Source: Rhodospirillales bacterium (GTDB lineage Bacteria; Pseudomonadota; Alphaproteobacteria; Micavibrionales; UBA1664). From it: a DNA stretch of 64,000 nt. Position 1 is the stretch's first letter, and the number at the start of each line of letters is the position of its first letter. A program made the position numbers and the translations under genes. A model generated the notes under the pieces. That model was given only the letters and a program-made list of their open reading frames with translations, was not told where the DNA came from and made no database searches. Location of the stretch: the NCBI GenBank assembly GCA_023898805.1, contig CP060260.1:715512-779511 (forward strand). Reading direction: 5' to 3'. This document shows positions 28,265 through 36,534 of this stretch, piece after piece.

Positions 28265-29227
28265 TTATTGCGTGCCGCGGATGCGAACACGCCCGTCTTT
28301 TTCGACCCCGCCAACGGGGGCAGACCCACGCAGCGCTTCCGACGATCCGGCCGTATAGGCGGGGGGCACCAGCGCCTCCCATTCCACGGAACCGTCTTGC
28401 TTGACTTCATACCGCACCAGCGTGCCCTTAAGGCCGTACAGCGCGTCCAGAAGCTCCTGTATCCGGTTGAAATGCTTGAAAACATCGGATTCCAGCGCGG
28501 TCGAGGCGTTGGTCATCAGGTTGTTGGTGGCGGTATCGACCTTCGAACGCGCGTTTTCAAGCTGCGGTTGCAACAAAGCCGCCGCCAGATAGGTCACGAT
28601 CATCAGTGCCAACGCGATCAGCGTCACGCTCAACCCGCTGTATAAAAGGATCCGGCCGGCCGCGCGCGACAGCTGGTCGGTGCGCAGATCCTTGTTGCGC
28701 CACGGCACCAGCTGGGCCATCAGCGGATTGATGGTCACGAAATTGGCGTCCAGCGATTGGACCCGCGGCAGGATCGTCCGCGATGGGCCTAAAAACAGCT
28801 GCATCCGCCCCGTTTCCGGGTCCCAGCGCAGGGCGCCCGCCTGCCCCTCATGCTCGTAAAGATAGACGGTTTCCTTATCCCAGTATTCCGAATTGCCCGG
28901 CAGGGCCGCGGCCAAAGGGCACCACGAATCCGGATCCGACGCCAACGCCGCGGACGGCACCGCCAGATACCAGCACCGCCCGGATTCGACCGTGAACACA
29001 TAATGCACGCGCTCGGTCCCGCAGGCCTGCACGGCGGCATTCCACACCGCGCTTTCTTCAAGCCCGATCACGGCGGGCACCGACCCGGCGACCAGCTCGT
29101 GCGGCAACACCGGCGTCAACGTTGCAGGTACACGAGCGGTATCGCCCGCCGCCCGGTCAAGCATGGAAGGCTTGTTCGGCCTTTGGGCCGGCGCACCGGC
29201 ATCAACAGCTGCAACGCTATCGCTCAT
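28265..29227 (-). CDS. Bitopic membrane protein, GspL/PilM-N-like architecture
   Basis: ~195-aa cytoplasmic domain, one TM (ILLYSGLSVTLIALALMIVTYLAAALL), then a coiled-coil and a small alpha/beta periplasmic domain. Start ATG 29227 (or GTG 29230) overlaps the platform gene stop. Confidence 0.45.
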   Translation of the reverse strand: MSDSVAAVDAGAPAQRPNKPSMLDRAAGDTARVPATLTPVLPHELVAGSVPAVIGLEESAVWNAAVQACGTERVHYVFTVESGRCWYLAVPSAALASDPDSWCPLAAALPGNSEYWDKETVYLYEHEGQAGALRWDPETGRMQLFLGPSRTILPRVQSLDANFVTINPLMAQLVPWRNKDLRTDQLSRAAGRILLYSGLSVTLIALALMIVTYLAAALLQPQLENARSKVDTATNNLMTNASTALESDVFKHFNRIQELLDALYGLKGTLVRYEVKQDGSVEWEALVPPAYTAGSSEALRGSAPVGGVEKDGRVRIRGTQ

Positions 29228-30441
29228 CACGTCCCCATCAGGTCACTGACCATGCTGTCCATCGACATGTTCATGACGGTCAGCGCGAAAATCGCCGAAC
29301 CGAATGCCAGCAACAGGTAAAGCGCGGTCAGGCCGAAAGCCAGCCAGACGATCAAGCTGTGCTTGGTTTTGGCCGCCTCCGTCCGCATTTCCGCGATGGA
29401 CTCCATGATTGTAGCCACTTGAGCCAGGTCGGACAAGGTGGCGAGTTCCAGACGCTCGCCTCTTGAAAGCGGTTCGCGGTCAAGGGCGATGCCCAGACTG
29501 ACGCCGCGCTGCAATTCCTCGTAACAGGTCAGCCAGTACTGCGTGACATCAGGCATCGACGTCGCCTGCGATGCCTGCTTGAAGGTTTCACCGATCGGCA
29601 CGTTGCCGCGAATCATCCTTGCGCCCGCCGACATCGAATCGGCGAAGCCCAGATCACGCATGTAAGCCCCGATCAGCGGGATTTTGCGCACGATGCGCGC
29701 GGTCGGAAAGTCGGTTTTGCCGCGGTTGTACCAAAAAGACAGCAAGCACCAGATCATGAACGCGGCCATGCCGATGGCGATGACGATCAGCGCGTTCCAG
29801 GTCAATTCCAGATTGTGAACGACGCGGTTGAATTCCTCTAGTTTGGACGGGTCCTTGGGCGCATGGCCATGGAAATAGCCCAACACCATGTCTTTGCCCC
29901 AGATCATACCCTGCAGGATCGAAAACACGTCGAAGCCAAGCCACGCCATGGTCCCCTTGATCTTGGCCGAATTACGCCGTTTTTGCGTGATCGACTCGAT
30001 CGCGTAGGGTATCCCTTCCGAAAGCTTGTTCGCCTTTTCCGACGCGGCAAGGATGGCCAGCGTGTTGTGCTCGAAGATGTTCAGCGATTTAAGCGCGTCC
30101 ATCACGCCCAGACCTTGCGAAAGCGCCTCGCGCGCGGGGGCAAGGATGTTCTGGCGGCGCGGATTGGTTTCGGCGCTGATCATCTTCCACAGCGCGACGC
30201 CGGGGCTGGTCATGCCCGCGCGGAACTGGATGCCGCGCAAAAGCTGCACCTGCCACCAGCTCGACCGCGCCAGCATCCGCTCCATCGGGCTGCGCTGGTA
30301 AGGACGGATGGAAAGCGGGAACGCGCCCTTTTTGGTGATCTCGCGCCGCACATCGGCCAAAGTGGGCAGGAAATAGGCTTCGGTGACACGCTTGGTGCCC
30401 GAACGTGTCTCGTACGCGACTTCAGCCAGCCATTGCTGCAT
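29227..30441 (-). CDS. Type II secretion / type IV pilus platform protein (GspF/PilC family)
   Basis: 404-aa polytopic protein of GspF size, with cytoplasmic helical domains alternating with TM segments. Lies immediately downstream of the GspE-type ATPase. Confidence 0.75.
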   Translation of the reverse strand: MQQWLAEVAYETRSGTKRVTEAYFLPTLADVRREITKKGAFPLSIRPYQRSPMERMLARSSWWQVQLLRGIQFRAGMTSPGVALWKMISAETNPRRQNILAPAREALSQGLGVMDALKSLNIFEHNTLAILAASEKANKLSEGIPYAIESITQKRRNSAKIKGTMAWLGFDVFSILQGMIWGKDMVLGYFHGHAPKDPSKLEEFNRVVHNLELTWNALIVIAIGMAAFMIWCLLSFWYNRGKTDFPTARIVRKIPLIGAYMRDLGFADSMSAGARMIRGNVPIGETFKQASQATSMPDVTQYWLTCYEELQRGVSLGIALDREPLSRGERLELATLSDLAQVATIMESIAEMRTEAAKTKHSLIVWLAFGLTALYLLLAFGSAIFALTVMNMSMDSMVSDLMGT

Positions 30442-30489
30442 GTCCTGTTTCCTTCAAAACCCCGGCCCGGTTTTTCAATCGCGCGCGGA

Positions 30490-32223
30490 TTATTCGTCGA
30501 TATACAGGATGCCCGCGCGCGGATCGACCAGACCGCTGGTCATCAATTCGATCACGCCTTCGCGGCGCGAGCGGAAAATCACGCCCGGTTCGTCCAGCAC
30601 ATCATTCACGTTTTGTCTTAACGATTTGTAAACACCGTTGCGTTCGCTGACCGGCGCGGTAATCAAAAGCGCATCCAAAAGCAACGTCCGGCCAAGGATG
30701 CCTGTGCGGTTGCACAGATCGCACCCCGCCTGATTGTGCTTGGCCACCCCGGTATTGCCGGCAAGACCCAAACGAGCAAGCTCGACCTCGCTCAGCAATT
30801 CGTCCGCGCGCGTCTTGTGGGCGCATCCCTGACACAGGGTTTTGACCAGACGCTGGTTCAGGACAGCCTTGACCTGCTGCGCCAACGTATAGGTCGATGC
30901 CCGTTCGCGCTCGTGCGGCATCAGGGAGCGCAGACGCTCGAAAGTCTGCAACGCCGTGTCGGCGTGAATGGTCGAAATCACGGTGTGGCCGGATTCGGTC
31001 GCACGCAAGGCGGTTTCGACCGTTTCGCCGTCCCGCATCTCGCCGATGATGATGTAATCCGGGTCGTGACGCATCGATGCGCGGATCAGGTCGGCGAATT
31101 CCCCGCCCCGCATGCCGGGGCGCACCTGCCATTGTGTGGCATAGCGCAGCTCGTATTCGATCGGATCCTCGATGGTCAGCACGTGGCGCCGCCGCCGGTC
31201 GATCTGCTGGACGCAGGCGTAAAGGGTCGTGGTCTTGCCCGACCCGGTGGGACCGGACAAAAGGATCAACCCGCCGCCACCCTTGATTTCCGGCGAAAGC
31301 AGTTTTTCCAGATAATCCGAAACTTCGCCGTGGCGACGGAACAGTTCCTCGAATCCTTTAAGCCCGGCGCGGTCAAGCAAACGCAAGGTCAGCTTCTCGC
31401 CGTCCTGCCCCTGCGGCCCCGCCGCGACACGGACGTCGATCTGGCGCGCCTGCCACACAAACCCGAAACGCCCGTCCTTGGGCGTCGTCCGGTCGCCGAA
31501 ATTGAGCCCCGCGTCGCGCTTGAGCAGCGTGGTCAGACGCGCCATCGCATCGGCGGGCAAAAGATGCATCGGCATAAGATCGCCGTCGATACGGTATTTG
31601 ATCCAGTTCGGCGCATCGGGGTTGTTGTCCTGCACCAGATGGATATCCGATGCGCGCATCTGCAACGCCTCGGCCAGCATGTCGCGCAGAAACTGGTTGA
31701 GCATCAACCCGTTGTCGATGTCGGAAAGCCATTCCGCCAACGTCTTTTCGCAGCGGTCGGCCGAAAGATCGTGCACCGTGCGCAGCGTTTCGATCAACTC
31801 CGCCCGGTCCCAGATTTCCGTCTCAAGGCTTTCGACCCGGAACCCTGTGCGGCGCACGACCGAAACCAGCGTTTCCTTCTGCCGTTCGTTCATGTCGTGC
31901 AGAGGCGCGACCTTGAGCATGCCGCGATCAAGCCCGATCAGGTGGATCGACAAGGGCAGCCATGCCTGCACCGGCAAAATCGAACGCAACTGGTCGCCCG
32001 TCGCCGTGTCCTTGGCCCGCGCCTGCGTTTCTTCCTGCGTCAGGTTCAGCGCGCCGGCGGCGTCCAGCAATTGTTCGGTGGACCGGCTGATGCCCTGCTG
32101 CATCAGCATCTGCCGCTCGCGCGTCACCATGTCCAGATAACGCTCGCGCCCCTCGCCGGTGCGGCGCTGCCGGATGGTTTTTTCGCTGGCCTTTTCGGCC
32201 TGCCTGCCTTCGCTTTCGCCCAT
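30490..32223 (-). CDS. Type II secretion / type IV pilus assembly ATPase (GspE/PilB family)
   Basis: Walker A LLSGPTGSGKTTT, Asp box VLTIEDPIEY, Walker B DPDYIIIGEMRD, His box SGHTVISTIHA, tetracysteine CQGC..CDLC. Confidence 0.92.
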   Translation of the reverse strand: MGESEGRQAEKASEKTIRQRRTGEGRERYLDMVTRERQMLMQQGISRSTEQLLDAAGALNLTQEETQARAKDTATGDQLRSILPVQAWLPLSIHLIGLDRGMLKVAPLHDMNERQKETLVSVVRRTGFRVESLETEIWDRAELIETLRTVHDLSADRCEKTLAEWLSDIDNGLMLNQFLRDMLAEALQMRASDIHLVQDNNPDAPNWIKYRIDGDLMPMHLLPADAMARLTTLLKRDAGLNFGDRTTPKDGRFGFVWQARQIDVRVAAGPQGQDGEKLTLRLLDRAGLKGFEELFRRHGEVSDYLEKLLSPEIKGGGGLILLSGPTGSGKTTTLYACVQQIDRRRRHVLTIEDPIEYELRYATQWQVRPGMRGGEFADLIRASMRHDPDYIIIGEMRDGETVETALRATESGHTVISTIHADTALQTFERLRSLMPHERERASTYTLAQQVKAVLNQRLVKTLCQGCAHKTRADELLSEVELARLGLAGNTGVAKHNQAGCDLCNRTGILGRTLLLDALLITAPVSERNGVYKSLRQNVNDVLDEPGVIFRSRREGVIELMTSGLVDPRAGILYIDE

Positions 32224-32238
32224 GGCGTCGTACGTCCG

Positions 32239-33777
32239 TTACTGCGTCGTGGTCGTGGTTGTCGTCGTCCCCGTCGAGGCCGCGCCGCTGTCGCTGCCCG
32301 AGCTCGTGACCGGCGCCGCGAGCGACCGGTCGAACACCAGAAGTACCTTGTTCTTGCCGCTGGTCATCGAAACGCCGTCACGCGTCACAGTAACCACCCA
32401 TTCACGTCCCGCCAGCCGGATGGTCTGGCCGTCGCGCACCATGCGCGATCCGCCGGGACCGGAAATGATCGCGCCGCGCGTCGCCAGCGAGGTGATGGAA
32501 TATCCGTCCAGCACCGGCGGCGAATTGTCGACCGTGGTCTGCTTCACCACTGTTTCCTTGGTGCCTTGCGGTGTTTCCACGGTTTCGACCACGCTCACGA
32601 TCGGCTTGCTGTCGACATTGACGGTGGCGGTCGACGTGCCGCGGATCGGCAGCACCAGAACCCCGCGCGCGCCGGAATGGGAGATCTTGACGTCGTCGAT
32701 GACCGTACCGCTTTTGGTCGGAAGCCAGCTGATGGTCAGGGGGCAGGCCTCGGTCGGCTCCAGCGTCATGCCCTCGATGCAGCCGTCATGCAAAATTTTG
32801 AGACCCTGCTCCGAACCCGAAAGCTCGATCTTGCTCAGCGTCAGCGGCGCATCGCCGATATTGACCAAACTGACCGCGATCGAGGATTGCGAAGCGATGT
32901 CCGCGCCGAAATTGATCTCCTCCTCCGACGCGACCAGCAACCCCTTGCCCGGCACGGGTTCAGGGAATTTCTTCGCAGCCTCGGTCGTCGCCGGGCTGAA
33001 CGTGCCGGTGATGTTGGCGGTGGCGACGCCGGTCGCGCCCGTATGCTGGACCACCAGCGCGCCGGATGTCGGCCCGCGGGTCAGCGGCGACCACACGATC
33101 GAGGCGATGCACGACGCCCCGGCCTCAAGCCTTTTGCAATCGGTCTTGAGCGAGAAGCCCGACCCTTCAGGCGCGTCGATGAACAGATCGTTGACCGCGA
33201 TTTCATCGGACGTGATGTTGCGCAGCGTGACTGAACGGATGATCGGGCGGCTGTCCTGCAGCTGGCCGAAATCGACGGTGGATGGCGTAATCTCGATGTC
33301 GCTGGCCTTGACCTGATTGTCGGCGCCCTGCTGCACCGTGCCATTGACCGAGGCGGTGACAAGACGCGAACGCCCGGTATGCCGCGCCAGGACCTCGACC
33401 CGGAACGGGCCGGATTGCAACCCCTTGACCTGCATCACCACCGCGCACTGCGCGCCGGTCGCCAGCGGCTCGGCCGAGCATTGATCGGAAAACATCTGCG
33501 CGGTCACGTTCGACGACGGGAACAGTTTGACGTCGCGGAATTCGACTTCCTGCCCGGAATCGTTGCGGAATTGCACGATCATGCTGGTATTGGTGCCCGG
33601 CTCGATGGTGCCCGCGTCGACCTTGGGATCGACCGCGACCAACCCGCCCGCCGTGCCTTGCTGGGCATCCATGCCCGGATCGCTGAATGCGTTTTGCGCG
33701 CGCGCGGAAGTCGGAGCGAAAGCCCCGCACAGCAACGCCGCCAGCAGCAGAATGTATGAAGCGCGAATCCGGATCAT
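32239..33777 (-). CDS. Secreted protein: three Ig-like Cys-pair repeats + PilP/GspC-HR-like C-terminal domain + poly-Thr tail
   Basis: Signal peptide ending SARAQ. Three ~100-aa repeats (aa 47-147, 160-260, 281-381), each with a Cys pair (C100/C111, C214/C223, C333/C345). aa 421-483 (LDGYSITSLATRGAIISGPGG..VRDGQTI..W.V..V..DGV) is PilP-like. C-terminus is GTTTTTTTTQ. Confidence 0.55.
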   Translation of the reverse strand: MIRIRASYILLLAALLCGAFAPTSARAQNAFSDPGMDAQQGTAGGLVAVDPKVDAGTIEPGTNTSMIVQFRNDSGQEVEFRDVKLFPSSNVTAQMFSDQCSAEPLATGAQCAVVMQVKGLQSGPFRVEVLARHTGRSRLVTASVNGTVQQGADNQVKASDIEITPSTVDFGQLQDSRPIIRSVTLRNITSDEIAVNDLFIDAPEGSGFSLKTDCKRLEAGASCIASIVWSPLTRGPTSGALVVQHTGATGVATANITGTFSPATTEAAKKFPEPVPGKGLLVASEEEINFGADIASQSSIAVSLVNIGDAPLTLSKIELSGSEQGLKILHDGCIEGMTLEPTEACPLTISWLPTKSGTVIDDVKISHSGARGVLVLPIRGTSTATVNVDSKPIVSVVETVETPQGTKETVVKQTTVDNSPPVLDGYSITSLATRGAIISGPGGSRMVRDGQTIRLAGREWVVTVTRDGVSMTSGKNKVLLVFDRSLAAPVTSSGSDSGAASTGTTTTTTTTQ

Positions 33778-35546
33778 GGCGTGCCCCCCAGCGAGGGGTC
33801 GAGCATATTGCTCGGCAACGTCCCCATCGGCAGGTCGCTCGCCTGCCCCGATGGTTTGGGCGCCTTGCCGACCACGACGGGTTCGGGCGATACCGGTGCG
33901 ATCACGGGCTTGGCACCGGTGTCGAGCGCCTTGCCCTTGTTGTCGATGGCGACCGTGCCATCATCCTTGATCGACGGATCGGGATTATACGGCTTTGGCA
34001 CCACGACCTTGCGCGCAAGAACGGAACTCGGCACGCCGTCCGGCCCTTCATACTGGACCGCGTTGGGTAGCGGCGCGTTGGCCAGCGTAAGCAGTGCGCG
34101 CTCCTTCGCGTCTTTTTCGATTTCCTCGATCGGCTGATAGACGATGACGCGCGGCCGCAACAGGAACACCAATTCGGTATTCGACGTGGTGCCGGTGCGT
34201 GAAAATGGCAGGATCGGCTTGTTCATGCCGAGGCCCGATTTGTCGTACTGCTGACGTTCGCGCACCAGACCCGCGATCAGCACGCTGTCCCCGGGACGCA
34301 CGCGCACCTGCGTCTTAAGCTGACGTTCCGCGGTTTTCGGCAAACGCAGTGTGCCGGTGCCCGCCGGGAAATCCTGGAATTCAAGCAATTGCTGCAAGTC
34401 GATGTCGATATCGCCGTAAACGGTGCCGTTATCCCACGACGATCCGATCTTGAGCGTAAAGCCGGTATCGACCTGCCCCGTGGTCGTCGACACGGTTTCG
34501 GAATTGTTGGTGGTGTTTTCGGTCCGGGTCAGCGAGGCGACATAGGCCTCGGTCTCCGCGACGCGCAATTCCGCCTCAGACCCCGAAAGCACGGTCAGTT
34601 GCGGCTGCGAAATCGTCTTGACCGAACCTTGCGTCGAAATGAAGCGCAACACGTCCCCGGTGGCGAGGTTGAGCACGCCGCGCGTCGGCAGACCGATCGA
34701 AATTGGCGTACCGAGATCCGAAAGCGTCGTGTTCTGGTCGAGCGAAAAACCGATATTATAGGCGCCGAGTTTCTCGCCCAGCTGGCTCCAGCGGATGCCC
34801 GCCGAATTGCCGCCGTCCAGACCGACCTCCCAGATATAGGTTTCATACACGATCATCGCGGTCGATTTGCGCAGACGCTCGAAATACTGCTCGGCCTTTT
34901 TCGCGGTCCGCTCGGTCGCGGTATAGATCATCGTGCGCGTGGTGGTATCGACCGTGCCTTCGGCCCCGGTGAACGCCTTGAGCCCCGTAACGATGGAATC
35001 ATAGGTTGTATCGGCAGGCAGTGGCGGCAACGAAACGGTGAAGGTCTGGTTTTCCTTCACGGTCAGCACGCCATCGTCATACAGGCAGTACATATTGGCC
35101 AGCGAACAAACCTTATCGACCACCTTGTCGAGCGGACCCTTAAGGTTCGACACAGTAATCCCGGTCTTCATCCCCTTGTCGCTTTCAAACGCAAGCGGGA
35201 TGTCGTAATCCGACAAAATCAGTTGCAGCGCGCCCGCCAGGTTTTCCGAACGCAGCTCGAACGGCCCGACCTCCTTGCTCGGCAGCGGGTCGCCCTCGTC
35301 CATCGCGGGCACCAGCACATCCTTGCCCAGCGGCACGATCATCACCCCGTCCGGCGTTTCGTTGAGCGCGTGGCGGCGTTCTTCCGGCGGCGTCGGCGCG
35401 GGAATCGACACGCCGCGTGGATCGGGCGCCTGCATCGGCGCGCAGGACGCAAGCACAAGCCCGCATGCCGCCGCGGCCGCCATCAGGGCGGTACGAAGGA
35501 GATGCGTTTGTGCGTTGATCCCTGTGCCTTTTCCCATGCGCGTCAC
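33774..35546 (-). CDS. Lipoprotein secretin (GspD/PilQ superfamily; PilN-R64/MshL-like lipidated type)
   Basis: Lipobox LVLASC. C-terminal secretin domain (VRVRPGDSVLIAGLVRE.. TELVFLLRPRVI). GTG 35546 overlaps the regulator stop (GTGA); alternative ATG at 35537. Confidence 0.85.
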   Translation of the reverse strand: MTRMGKGTGINAQTHLLRTALMAAAAACGLVLASCAPMQAPDPRGVSIPAPTPPEERRHALNETPDGVMIVPLGKDVLVPAMDEGDPLPSKEVGPFELRSENLAGALQLILSDYDIPLAFESDKGMKTGITVSNLKGPLDKVVDKVCSLANMYCLYDDGVLTVKENQTFTVSLPPLPADTTYDSIVTGLKAFTGAEGTVDTTTRTMIYTATERTAKKAEQYFERLRKSTAMIVYETYIWEVGLDGGNSAGIRWSQLGEKLGAYNIGFSLDQNTTLSDLGTPISIGLPTRGVLNLATGDVLRFISTQGSVKTISQPQLTVLSGSEAELRVAETEAYVASLTRTENTTNNSETVSTTTGQVDTGFTLKIGSSWDNGTVYGDIDIDLQQLLEFQDFPAGTGTLRLPKTAERQLKTQVRVRPGDSVLIAGLVRERQQYDKSGLGMNKPILPFSRTGTTSNTELVFLLRPRVIVYQPIEEIEKDAKERALLTLANAPLPNAVQYEGPDGVPSSVLARKVVVPKPYNPDPSIKDDGTVAIDNKGKALDTGAKPVIAPVSPEPVVVGKAPKPSGQASDLPMGTLPSNMLDPSLGGTP

Positions 35547-35929
35547 GTCGATCGTTGTCGCATCTGGATCGCGCGCGCGACCATCGCGAGAAGCCGGTCT
35601 TTCTGCACCGGTTTCATCAAAATGGTCGCGACCTTGAAACGCGACGATTTTTCAAGGATGTCCGGGTTCTGGTCGCCGGTCACCAGAATCACCGGCTGCT
35701 GGAAATTGCGCGCGCGCAGGGCCGAAATGAACTCAAACCCGTCCGCCGGTTCCATGCGCACGTCGGCGATGATCACGTCGACAGATTCCGTCATCTGCTC
35801 GATGCCCTGATCGGCGCCCGACGCCTCAAGGCATCGATGCCCCGCATCGGTAAGAAATCGAACGATCTGCATCCGGACAAAATCATTATCCTCGACGACG
35901 AGTACGCTGTGAGAGACTGTATTGGACAT
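35543..35929 (-). CDS. Single-domain CheY-like response regulator
   Basis: Start moved to ATG 35929. VLVVEDND, IIADVRMEPADG, ILVTG and LMKPV show all receiver signature residues present. Confidence 0.85.
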   Translation of the reverse strand: MSNTVSHSVLVVEDNDFVRMQIVRFLTDAGHRCLEASGADQGIEQMTESVDVIIADVRMEPADGFEFISALRARNFQQPVILVTGDQNPDILEKSSRFKVATILMKPVQKDRLLAMVARAIQMRQRST

Positions 35930-36059
35930 AAGTGTTTGGTCGGGCCGACTGGATGGTGTGTGACCCCTGCGCGAGTAAAACGAATCACGCAAGGTATTCG
36001 TTAAAAGGTTATCATAAATCGCCCCCCCGTCTATACCCGTGTGTGGACATCGCTGTGCG

Positions 36060-36086
36060 CAAGAGTCTGGAAGCGCCTGACTCTTG
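36060..36086. promoter_or_regulatory. Perfect 8-bp-arm inverted repeat upstream of the regulator-secretin operon
   Basis: caagagtc-(11 nt)-gactcttg. Lies between the ssrA terminator and the regulator start; a C7 run is nearby at 36022-36028. Confidence 0.35.
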
Positions 36087-36133
36087 TATGAAAAATGAAA
36101 CGGCTGACGGAGGGGGAACAGCACAAAAGACGC

Positions 36134-36470
36134 AAAAAAGAAAATGGGCCGGTTCTGTTGCTAGGTCGGCCCGCACCCCACCTCAGGCGGCTAAGCCAAA
36201 GGGATTCTACTGAGTGGTCTTTCGCACCGCTTAGGCGGCGAGAGCAACCGGAGCATAGTTGTCGTTGGCAACTACTTGTATGGCCCGTTTAAAGGCGGAC
36301 ACCATTCCTGACACCGCAAAACGCCTTTATTACCCATGTCGATCCTAAATCGGCCCCACAAAAATCCCCACATATGGGGGACTTGTGGTGGAGCCGCCGG
36401 GCTCTGCCCCCGGGTCCATTAGGCCTATTCCGCATCCGCGTGTAGCGTCATAGCCGGATCGAAACCCGGC
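36134..36470 (-). ncRNA. ssrA: Two-piece (circularly permuted) tmRNA
   Basis: Minus strand. Acceptor piece ends GGAC-CCGGG-GGCAGAG-CCCGG-CGGCTCC-ACCA (CCA at 36388-36386). Coding piece starts GGGGCCGAUUUAGGAUCGAC at 36357; acceptor pairing gives G3:U70. Tag frame 36269-36231 encodes ANDNYAPVALAA-stop. Terminal stem plus T-run at 36134-36172. Confidence 0.9.
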
Positions 36471-36476
36471 ATGTTC

Positions 36477-36504
36477 AATATACCACAAATGCGCTGATTT
36501 TCAA
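36477..36504 (-). promoter_or_regulatory. Sigma-70-type promoter for ssrA
   Basis: Minus strand TTGAAA (36504-36499), 16-nt spacer, TATATT (36482-36477). Predicted start near 36470. Confidence 0.55.
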
Positions 36505-36534
36505 GAAAACACAGGAGGTTTTACATGACCGGTT

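Noticed and set aside
30736-33234. 832-aa ORF antisense to the GspE-like ATPase and Ig-repeat genes
   Set aside because: Shadow ORF. The minus strand has Walker/Asp/His boxes and a signal peptide plus repeats, whereas the plus-strand product is Arg/Gly/Ala-rich with no motifs.
26757-36133. Search for sigma-54 (GG-N10-GC) promoters in front of the pilin-like genes and the operon, prompted by rpoN in the window
   Set aside because: No TGGCAC-N5-TTGC-like match with correct spacing was found by eye. The nearest (GGCGCTTCCAGACTCTTGC near 36060-36085) has the wrong spacing.
25711-36470. Idea that the filament cluster is a genomic island integrated at ssrA
   Set aside because: ssrA is a classic integration hotspot and the cluster abuts its 3' end. 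However, I see no integrase, no direct repeat of the ssrA 3' segment at the far end (25.7-26.1 kb) and no visible compositional break. In a permuted tmRNA the tRNA-like attachment target is internal, not at the gene's 3' end. Not supported from this window alone.
36453-36470. T-arm-like hairpin GCCGGGTTTCGATCCGGC considered as a tRNA fragment or pseudogene
   Set aside because: There is no acceptor or anticodon arm around it. It lies at the predicted 5' end of the tmRNA acceptor piece, directly after a good promoter.
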